A stretch of 61,579 nucleotides of DNA, the filler included. It is 9 parts of 9 records of this genome, joined end to end, with 100 filler letters (N's around TTAATTAATTAA, not from the genome) between each part and the next. Parts side by side here need not be neighbours in the genome. Positions count along the whole stretch, not along the records: positions 33,295 to 40,034 come from SRR7504441_380; positions 40,135 to 48,470 come from SRR7504441_382; 7 more parts are not named here. One strand, written 5' to 3'. The notes under the pieces were generated by a model. It was not told where the DNA came from. It saw nothing but the letters and a program-made list of their open reading frames with translations, and did not search any database. Below are positions 33,295 to 43,200 of the stretch, piece by piece; the stretch's first letter is position 1, and every line of letters starts with the position of its first letter. Both the position numbers and the translations under genes were made by a program.

Positions 33295-34257
33295 GTCGCC
33301 AGAGAAGGAGGTGGCATCTGGCTCGGCGCAGCAAGGACTGGCGGCACTGGCACGAGAGGCAAATGGTGATGCGACCGATGGTGTCATGGTAGTGGCAGAG
33401 GCTCGCTATCCGAGCCCCCCACGTGAGAGGGGCGCTGACTGGCGATCGAACTGGGCGATGCAACAGGCATCTCGGCGGAGAGCTCAGGAGGCGGCAGGGC
33501 TCGGCGCGACGGCTGATAGCGCAGAGAGGCAGCTGTGCGTCGCCACTGACGGGAGGAACCAAACAGTGGTGGTGCCCAGCAAGGCCCCGGCACAAGGCGC
33601 TGCTGGATCCATTGAGCTCGTTCTCGAGGAGCAAGACAAGTCACTCGGGCTGCAGCTGATCGCTATTTCGGCCGGGATTGGCGCCCAGGCGAGCCACGGG
33701 CGTGGGCCACTGGTGAGAGTCGAGGGCAGGTGAAGCGAGTGGCGCCAGGCTCGGTGGCCGAGGCGCGAGGCGTGCCGCCTGGGTTCGTGGTAACCAAGAT
33801 CGATGGCGAGCCGATGGGCGATCAGCCTCACTCCAAGATCATGTCTCGGCTGCGCGATTCGGTCCGACCCAAGAAGCTCGAGTTTAGGGCCAATGTGTCC
33901 ATTGTGAGCGTAACCGCGCTCAGCCAGCCCAATGCCTCCCCACCACCGGTTCAGGCAATCGAGAGCCCTCCGCTGCAAGATTCGCCGCCAGAATCGTCAG
34001 AGACCCCCAGATCGGACCTGACCGCTGGCCAATCAAGCGAACAGAAGGCGCAGGACACCGACCCGGCATTGATTGAGATATTAGATAGTGTGCCAAGGGA
34101 GCACGTGGATATGCTGCTAGATGATCCATCGCGGTTGCGGATGGTGCAATTCGACGAGGCGTATGGACCCGGATCAGCCAAATTGCTGGTGCGAGCTGAG
34201 CTTGCCCGCCATCGAAAGGCGAAAGCGGATGCAGATGCTAAGGATACCAGCAATTAA
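33295..34257 (+). CDS. PDZ-domain protein, 5' truncated
   Basis: KSLGLQL..GAQ-[41-nt GC-AG intron 33689-33729]-VKRVAPGSVAEARGVPPGFVVTKIDG..IMSRLRDSVRPKKLEFR. Confidence 0.78.
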
Positions 34258-34583
34258 TTAGGTATACGCTGATAGCAATTTGTTGGCATTTCGTAGAAGA
34301 TAAAATGGTTCTAAAATGAAATGGTTTATTGCGTATACTATGCGTATACATGCATGATTGTACCCGTACGCACACAATGTCATAGCCCACCATTGTCCGA
34401 GAGATAGCTTGACTTTAACTGAAAGCTGCTATCACCTAGCTAGTGTCAATCGAGTGAAGTAAGCTCGAGTAGTAGGTCAAGAGGTGACCTACATGTAGGG
34501 TAGCTATCAGACTCCTATTGAGCCTGGGTGGTGGGAAATTGATTACATGTCTGTACGTACACACACACTTCATGATCGATCTC

Positions 34584-37500
34584 TCAAACTGGCAAAACGG
34601 TGTCGATCGAGCCTGCACCGGCACACACCCCGCCTTCATCCGTCCCCTCGGTCTTGGTGCGGAACATCGACCCCGCGTGCGCATTCAATGCCACCTCGTG
34701 CTCTCGGACCACCATGATCGAAAAGATCCCCAGCTCGCCCACTTGCCTGCACAGCCCCGACGTCGCGACCCCACCCGTGCCCCTGATCACTGCACCCGGC
34801 AGCACGCGAGAGCAGTTGATCTTCTGCATCAGAACATACTGCGCCAGCTCCTCCGGCGAGGCCGTTGAGAGCATCTCACTAAGCTCGGGCCCATACAAGT
34901 TATTCCCACCGCCTTCTCGTTGCGGCTTGAGCACCCAATGCTCCGGGTGCAGCTTGGCATCCGCAAGCGCCGTGCTCACCAACTGACCGCCCGCTGACGG
35001 ATCCAGCTGGGTCGCGAATACAGAAAGCGCCCGCCGCGCGGCTTCCTTATCCAAGAAGCGGTCAAGTTCGGCCGGTTCGGATAAAACTTGCTGGATTCGT
35101 TTGGACCCAGCGAGCTGCATAGCCACCGACGGCACTTTGACTGCGCTGGAGAGCTCAATCAGAGCACGGTTCTGCCAGGCCTGCTCAGTCGAGTATTGCT
35201 CGGGCGAGAATCCGGTGTGGAAATAGACCACCGACACGTGATGGCTGCCCACAAACAGTCTACGCTGCTCGTCTCGGCTGAAGCTATCGAGAAGGCTGGC
35301 GCGACAGCACGGCACGCGCAGCTCGCTGAGGGCCGCCTCGATGTGCAACTGGTCCATCTCAAGGTGATCAGCTTCAAAGCACACAAAGCACACCTTGGGC
35401 TGCTCGCCCCCCGCACCGGCCTTGTAAGCCTGGTGTGCAGCGTGGATGGCGCGCGCAAAGCTCTTTGCAGGCTGGTTTGCCCGCAGGGTTGCTACAGAGC
35501 CCTTGAGCCCCGCAAGCTTTGGGTAGAATTTACTTAGAGCGTTCGCATGCAGCTGCGAGAGCTGTTCGGTCAGCCCAGCGAACGCTACCGCGATTGTATT
35601 CATTTCCACCTGCGCCCGAGTCGGTAAGCGCATTATCAATACAGGCCGCGCCTGAAGGTACTGGCCTGTCTCTGCCTCGAGGTAATCGTGTCTCATCAGG
35701 TGCAGCCGGATCGGCGGCTTGGCCTAGCACACTGGTGAGGCTAGATTGGCTAAGCCGTGCTCACAGGGTTGGATTGGTGCACTTGCTCGGCGATGTCCAT
35801 CAGCCTCGCAGTCCATGGATCGGCAGCTCGGACTTGCTGCAGCTTTTCTAATAACCACGGGACCTCACAGGACACTCGATCGAGCAGCCGGTTGAACAAA
35901 GGCGCCAGCTTCTGCACCGCTTCCAGCCGCGATCGGCACATTGGGAACGGGAGCGCTGCAATTGGGGCCAACTCTGGAGTGGCAGGGTACGATTGGCTCA
36001 TCACGACAAGCCCAAGCCTGTGGGCGTGAGTGACCAGCCAGCGGATCATCTCGTCATAGTGCGCCAGTCCATCCGGCCAAAGCAATGCACTCACTTGCAC
36101 CGGGCTGAGCGCAACTTTCAAGGCCGGGTCTGGGCCTGCTGGCTTGCTATTGCTGCTGGTAGCACTAGCCGAGCGAGTGCTGCCCATCGTCGGGCCCTTG
36201 GCGCCTTCGGGAAACAGCCAGCGGCGATTCACAGGCTTGCGCTTGCCTTGCTTGGCTTCCCAGGCGGCCAGTTGGTCAGGCGGAGGGAGCTGCCAACGGT
36301 CGACCTTTCCGCTGCTGGTACGTGGCCAGCTGTTGAGCCCAACTGTCTCGTGGGGCTGCATGAACTCAGGCAGCGAGCGGATCATCTCCAGCACGTCTTT
36401 CTGGGCGCTCTTGGGGCTTATATACAGGTGTATCTCGGGCTGATCTTGCGGGTTGGTCCTCACGAGCGCCACGGCCTCGCTGACGGACTCGACACTGCCT
36501 ATTGAGCTCTCCAGTGCACACAGGTCGAGCTTGTGGCCTCTCACCTGCAGATTGATTCACACCAGCAAGCTGGAATTGCACACCTCCACCTGATGAGAGA
36601 GCCGCCCCACGTACTCGAATTCGCCAGAGTCGAGCTGCCGGGCCTGGCACCCGCCCCAGTCAGCTGCTGCTGTGCAATATACGGACCAGATCGCCTGTAC
36701 GGTATACTCTGCACGGTTGCTCGGACCACGGCGCTATGATGAACCTGGATTCTGCCGCGGACTCAGCCCAAACCGCCAGCCGAGCCCACCGGTGAGCTCA
36801 GGGCTGTTGATGTATCCATTGCTGAGCTGGCTGCCTCCAATCAGCAGCTCACCAGCCGACCCAGGTGGTACGAGCTCCAGGCTCGTCGGATCGGCAACGT
36901 AGCACTGGACCCGCGGGAGCGGCCGGCCGATGGTCCGGAGCTCGAGCGGCGTGAAGTCGGCTGAGTTGAGCTCCTTGAATGTCGCGTCAAAGAACTCGGT
37001 CGCTCCGTAGATATTGAGCACTCGGACCTGACCCGACGCTTGATCGCGAGCCGGGCCGGGCGGCACCGATGCCGGAATATTCCGGACGGGCGACTCGGTG
37101 ACCGGCTCCCCGGTGAACCGGATGAATCCGAGAGTGGAGGGCACTTTGGCGGCTGTGCAAGCGGTTGAGCCCGGCCAGTGCGGTGGTTGCCTGCGATCTT
37201 GTTTGGCAGCGTCGAAACTACGTCTACAGGGGCGATTCTAAAAATGTCGGTGGTGAGCACGCAGGTGGCGCCCACGGAGAGCGGCATGTACAGGTCGGCC
37301 ACGTGCACGTCAAACGTGTAGTTATTAGAAAAGCACCACCTACCATCCGCTCGCATGCGGCCGACAGGTGGAGCACCGTTGGGCTTGCTCGATGCACATC
37401 CGGGCGCAGCTGGCGATGTTGCTGGCCACCCCGCCGTGCGGCATCAGCACGCCCTTGGGGGTGCCCGTGCTGCCCGAGGTGAAGATGACATACGCCAGGT

Positions 37501-38016
37501 CATCGGAGCAAGCCGCCGGGTCTCGGCATGGTGCCTCCAAATCAGCTAGCTGCCTGCAGCTATCCAGCCAAAGCACTTCGCCCGCAAATTCCATCTGTTC
37601 CACTGCCGGCCCCAGCGCCCGGTGCGAGACCAGCAGGTGGCTCCCGGCCTCGGCTAGGATGAACCGCTTCCGCTCGGTCGGCCAGCGCGGGTCCAGCGGC
37701 AAATAAGCCGCCCCGCAGGCCAACACGCCGAGCATGGCGACCGGCATCTCGAAGCACTTCTCGAAGAGCAGCGGCACGATCACCCCCCGCCCGGCCCCGC
37801 GCCTGCCCCGCCAACTGAGCCGGGCGGGCGGCCCGAGCACCGCTGTAGCCATCCCGCCACCGCCAGCCAGCTCTTCAAGGCCTGCTCGTAGCTCAGGCAG
37901 TCCTTCTTGTGCTCCAGCGCCGTTGCCAGCGGGATCCGGCCCGCCGTGAGCTCGACCAGCTGGTGCAAGCACCCAGTCTCGTCGTCCTCGGGCCCCGGCT
38001 CCTCGCACAGCGCCAT
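34584..38016 (-). CDS. NRPS-type adenylation domain fused to a eukaryotic glutathione-synthetase-like ATP-grasp ligase
   Basis: Nine 37-43 nt introns give A1 LSYEQ, A2 GAAYLPLDP, A3 LAYVIFTSGSTGTPKG, A4 FDV, A5 NIYGATE, A6 GELLIGGSQLSNGY, A7 YRTGDL, A8 GRLSHQVEVRGHKLDL, A10 PRTSSGKVDR; then, in the same exon, LAPLFNRLLDRVS, followed by RHDY, QVEMNTI, LAGSKRIQQ, VLKPQREGGGNN, ELGIF, RTK and EGGVCAG. Confidence 0.88.
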
Positions 38017-38075
38017 GTGACGTTCGAAGCGTCGGTCAGGACGGATCCCGGGCAGAGGGCGCGGACCGTCAGCTG

Positions 38076-39170
38076 ATGGCGGTCTGCCTGGTGGGCCCGC
38101 CGTTCCGCTGGCTGCTGCCAGACTGCCGGTGCTTCTTTACCGACAACTTGTACGTCAAGACAGCCGCCGGCCGCCCGATCGACGCCTACTTCCGGCTGCC
38201 CTCTCAGGACGTGTCCGACGATGCCTTCTGGGCCCTCAACCCACCTGACCCGGCCTGGCCGGCCCAGGCACGCCAGCAGATCCTGGACCAGGTCCGCGCC
38301 GAGAGCGGCCGCCGGTGGGAATTGCCGGAAACCTACCAGCGCAACGCGGACCGCATTGCACAGCGCTATGTCCCGCGGTGCCCCGAGCTGTTCAGACAGG
38401 CCGCGGGGCTGATCGGAGGGATGCCCGAGGAGTCCGTGTTCCGGGACGAGTTTTTAGAGGCCTGGCGGGCGGTCGCTGTAGGCCGGCTGTCGCTGCAGGC
38501 GCCCGAGCCGTTGAGGCTGGTCCACGCCGAGTGCTTTGAGCTGCCGTTGTTCCGGGAGGCGTTTGTGGAGCGGCTGGTGGAAGAGATCTCGGAGTTTAAA
38601 CGGCAGAAACTGGCGCACCAGTGGCCCAACAACATGAACAGAGCCGGGCTGATTCTGAACGAGATAGGGCTCGGGGGGCTGATGGATGAGCTGATTGGTA
38701 AATACATCGGGCCGGTGTGCGCGGCGCTCTACCCGAGGCTGCTGGGAGCCGGGTACGAGGCGCACCACTCGTTCGTGGTCTCGTACAGCATGGAGACCGA
38801 CCGGAGCCTGGGAGTGCACGATGACAACTCGGAGGTCACGGTCAACGTTGCGTTGACTGTTGATTACACTGGTGCGAAGCTGGCACTGTACCATCACGCC
38901 AGGGTGGCGCATCCGCAGCTGGAGGCTAAGGAGGCGTATCATTGGCGGGTGGAGCGGGCCGGGAACATGCTGCTGCACCCGGGCGAAATGCTTCACGAGG
39001 TGCTCCCGCTGCAGTCGGGAGACCGGATGGGACTGATCATCTGGCTTCGAAGTACGAGCTGGAGGCATGAGCACGGCTGCCCGCTGTGCCACAGCACCGA
39101 GGGGCTGCTGTATGAGAACGGCCCAGATGGCAAGGAGCGCCCGCGGGTCCCGATTACGGTGAACGACTAA
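38076..39170 (+). CDS. 2-oxoglutarate/Fe(II) dioxygenase, OGFOD2-like, intronless
   Basis: PNNMNRAGLILNEIG, HHSFVVSY, HxD in HDDNSEVTVNVAL, distal His in LHEV, Arg in GDRMGLIIWLRS, C-terminal CPLC. Confidence 0.88.
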   Translation: MAVCLVGPPFRWLLPDCRCFFTDNLYVKTAAGRPIDAYFRLPSQDVSDDAFWALNPPDPAWPAQARQQILDQVRAESGRRWELPETYQRNADRIAQRYVPRCPELFRQAAGLIGGMPEESVFRDEFLEAWRAVAVGRLSLQAPEPLRLVHAECFELPLFREAFVERLVEEISEFKRQKLAHQWPNNMNRAGLILNEIGLGGLMDELIGKYIGPVCAALYPRLLGAGYEAHHSFVVSYSMETDRSLGVHDDNSEVTVNVALTVDYTGAKLALYHHARVAHPQLEAKEAYHWRVERAGNMLLHPGEMLHEVLPLQSGDRMGLIIWLRSTSWRHEHGCPLCHSTEGLLYENGPDGKERPRVPITVND

Positions 39171-39587
39171 TTAATATAAATCCGATCTGCAGCTCCATGC
39201 CTTTCCAGAAATATTAAAATCAGTTCGAGTAGTATTAAATCGGCCTGTAACCTGTAACCTGTGTCTTTATTCATCCAAGGTTAGAAGCTTGCCTCCTCCA
39301 TTATTTATTGTAAGCATCCTCTAGGCCTCCTCCGCTACTCCGCACTGCACGATTGCATCCGTGCATCGAGGCGGTGGCATGTGCCCGTGGAGTCATGTAG
39401 TTCACACCTAGACCTTTGCGCGATGGTCTCGGAGACTACATACCGCCCCCAGAGAGTGCCAGTTGTCACACTAGTGCTCGCGCCATCCAAAGCTCTCCCG
39501 TCGCGTCAGGTTTTATCGGTTTTATTAGTGATCACAAAAATAGCTCATCTGCATCTGCGAGAAGGGCGGCAGTGTGCGAAGTGAGTG

Positions 39588-40034
39588 ATGACCTCCCGGT
39601 ACCGCAAGCCGTTCCAGTACCCGGCCGACTTCCCCGATGTGCTCCGCAACCTCACCCGCGAGGCACCCCGCCCCCCGCCGCCGAGCGCGAGCCGGCCAGC
39701 AGGTGCTGCGGGAGCAACCGCGGTCGATCCCCGACTTTTGCTGCCAGTACTTCGACAGCCTGGTCAAGAAGGTCGCCCGGGCCCGGCGGCAGCGGCCGGG
39801 AGCGCTGGGGCAGGCCGCGGAAGAGGCTACCCTCGAGCTCGGCGGCGCGGAGGAAGGGATCCGCCGCATGTCACCGGCGGACCTGCAGGAGTACTTGGCG
39901 TCGGTGCGGCCCAGCCCGGCTATAGCTAGCTGCGCCCGGGCTGGAGTGCGGTCCAGAGGGGTGAGGCGCGATGCAGGTGTTCCTGGAGGCCGACGTCGAT
40001 CAGACCGGCACTCTCAGCTACAGGGAATTCAAGT
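39588..40034 (+). CDS. RIIa-domain plus EF-hand protein (radial spoke RSP7-like), 3' truncated
   Basis: PADFPDVLRNLTRE-[40-nt GC-AG intron 39663-39702]-VLREQPRSIPDFCCQYF; intron 39904-39976, then FLEADVDQTGTLSYREF. Confidence 0.82.
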
Positions 40035-40134
40035 NNNNNNNNNNNNNNNNNNNNNNNNNNNNNNNNNNNNNNNNNNNNTTAATTAATTAANNNNNNNNNN
40101 NNNNNNNNNNNNNNNNNNNNNNNNNNNNNNNNNN
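40035..40134. other. Artificial contig linker
   Basis: N44-TTAATTAATTAA-N44. Confidence 0.99.
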
Positions 40135-40274
40135 GAATACTGAGGGTGAGTAGGCGAGTATTATCAAACTATGCCCGTCGTGCGCTCCGTTCATGGTATT
40201 TCGATAGGTATTTCGAGTACATTTTGAGCGCGAAAAGAACACGATTGTTTGTTTCAATTATCGATACATTACAA

Positions 40275-43200
40275 CTAGGTAGCAAGACTGAGTTGCGGTG
40301 CTTTGTCTAGAGAAGGGAAGGAAGTCAGCTCCATCCCCTCTTTCCGTATTTTGACTAGGTCACTGATGGATTTAGACACAGCCTTAGCTGCTTGTGCACG
40401 GTCTGCCTCTTTCTGCATTGCATCGAGTTGCTTGGCGGCTTTCGCTAGCACCTTGTGCGATTTCTTTGTGAAGTCCTGTGCCTTCGCAAGAGCAGGCGTC
40501 AAATCCTCTTTCAGATTGACCTCTGCTTCCCCCTTCTTCAGTTTGATTGCACTTGCTTCGTCCGCCTGCTGCCGAGCCTTTGACTCAGCCATGCTAAAGC
40601 TGTGACGTGCATGTATGGCAGAAGCGCGGGCTTCCTCAGCCCTTTGCTGCCTACTGTCGAGCACTTTGCTGGCATCGTGGACCGCGTCTTTCTGATCCGA
40701 TAATGCCTTGTTGTGCGCATCTATCTCAGTTGTTATCTGTGCCAGCTTTGCTTGCTGTGCCTGCAATTCAGCTTGGGATGACTTGACTGCGCTCCGTTGA
40801 GCACGCACCCCTCCCTCTACTGTATCGACAGATTCCTGAGATTTGCCCTTCAGCTCGGTGATCTCCTGGTGTACGACAGCCACTTCGCCCATTGAGGTGT
40901 CGAACATACTCTGAGCTCTAGTCACAGCACCTTCATCTTGCTGCAGGCTTTCTGCCTTGCCTGATAATTGTGCTCTATCTTCCTGTGCCCCCTCCACAAG
41001 CTGACTGATGCTATCTACTAGCATCTTAGATTTGTTGATTCCTTCCTCGGCTTCACTCTTCTTACTCTCAGCAACATCGACATCGCGCCTGGCATCTTTT
41101 GCGGCCTCCGTGTCTTTTCTCAACAGTGCTTTCCTGGCCTCAGCACTCGTCTTCCTAGCCACCTCCTCTTTCGTGACAGCTTTAGTCGCTGCACTCAGAG
41201 TTGCTTCTGCCCCAGCCAAGGTTTCCTTTGCTTTCTTCTCAGCCTGTTCTGCAACATGGATTCGAGTTTGTGTTTCTCCTATAGAATGCTTTGCATCTGA
41301 AAGCTGCTGCCTAAGCCTCGGGATCTCGTCAGCCAGCCGCTCAACGCGCCCCTTGGCTGATGCAGTCTTTGCCTCTGCTGGCCCGACGAGAGCACTGGCC
41401 TTCTCAAACGTCTCAGACGCACTTGTGCGCGCATTGCTTGTTGCCTGTTCCTTCTCCACAGCGGTAGCCACTGCTTTGCCTGCAATGGTTACTGTGCGCT
41501 GGAGCGGTAAGAGCCTTTTGGCCACTTCTTCTTGTTTTTGCTTCAGTGCGGCCCTGGCAGCCTCTACGGCTTGCTGCTGCCGCCAAAGCAATACCTCTGA
41601 CTTCTCAACGACCTTAGCAGCGCTGTCACTTGCTTCCTCGAGCGTCTCTAACTTCTTGGTCGCAGTAGACACAGACTGCTCTCTTTTGGCAGTCTTACTT
41701 GCTGCTTGACTAGCCTTATCTGCTGCTGCAGATTTACTATGCCGAGCTTCATCTAGCGCAGCACGTTCATCTTTCACCCGTGCTCTGGCAGCTTTCTGGG
41801 CGTGCTCACCCTTCTCGATAACCTGGAGCTGATCTGTGTGCTTTTCAGCTGCTTGCTGACTAGATTCTTTGGCCTCCTTCAGCGCCTCACGGCTTAACAC
41901 AACTTCTTGTTGAGCTTGTTTCTCTGCCCTGGTGGCGCTTCCCTGTTGTCGCAGCGCGTCCTGCCACTTTTTATCACTAGCCTTCAGGTCTTCTGTATAT
42001 TTCTGGAGCTGTTTCTCATGATTGCTGATCGCTGATTTAAGTTTCCATGTGTCCTGGTTGAGTTGCTCCTCATGTTTCTTCCTCAGATCTACATCCTGCA
42101 CGCTCTCACCCAAAAGTGTCTTTGCTTTGGCTAAAAGCTTCTGCAACTCTTGAGCCCGATCGTTTGCAATGTCAACCTCCGATTGCTCTTTTGCCACACT
42201 CTGCTTCACCCTCTGTGCAGCAAGAATGTCCAATTTGGTCTTCCGTTGTTGTTGTTCAAACTCCAACTGTGTCGCCAAAGCGAATCGCTTAGCTGACTTC
42301 AGCTCTGTGTAGGCTCCCTCTGTCCGCTGTTTTGCATTGCTCACAGCCTTGACTACGTCCGCTTCAGCAGCGTTCACCTCCTGGATTCCAGACTCCAAAT
42401 TCTTAGCTCGATCAGCCGCTTTCTTGGCCCTGAGCTGAGCTTTGCTCTCAGTTCGGGCTGCTTTCTTGAGCTCAGACGCTGCTGCTCTCTTTAACTTGAC
42501 GACCTGAGCACCCTTCGCTTCCTCAGCAGCGACACGGTTCTTTGCATCGATGAGTTCATGCTCAGGACCCCTCATCTCAGCAGCTATGTCGCTGGACTCT
42601 TCCTGCAGCTTCTTCACATCGGTCGAGGCTTTGGTGACCGCTTCCCTGGATTTTTGGACCTTTTCTTTGTCTTGATCGAGCACGTTCTCGGCTTCCTTTT
42701 GTTCAAGGACTTTTTTGTTGATCTTATCCTCGAGGTCGGCATTCTCTGCCTTATTCGCGTTAGCCCGCTTCGACGCGGCCCGAACGCTTGCAGCGAGCTG
42801 ATCAGTCCTATCTTTGAGCTTCTCAGATGCATCACTTTCCAGCTCAGTGTTGGCGCCCTCCGCTTCGGACATGTATGCTTTGCTCTGAGCCTCAAGCTCT
42901 TCATCCGTTGCTTTCTTGATTGCCTCCTGCCACAGGGCCCGCTGGCTTTTGTAGGCGTTCTCTGCATTCAGCAACTCATCTTCACTGTCCATGACCTTTT
43001 CTCGTGCTGCTTGGTACGCAGCGGCGGCAGAAACCTCGTCAGCAGTTTCCTCGGGCGGGGGATTCTCTGCTAGCTGAAGCAAGCACGGAGTATTTTCGTC
43101 GTCGCATTTGACCTGTGCTTCGGCCTCCCGCTGTGAGGCATCAGCTTCCACTCCATCGGCTCGAGAGTCTGCTGACATCTTGGCTGTTTCAAGCATCTCT

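Noticed and set aside
34584-39170. A canonical NRPS or mycosporine (mys) cluster
   Set aside because: No carrier, condensation or thioesterase domain; no DDG synthase or O-methyltransferase; the ligase is GSS-type rather than MysC/MysD-type.
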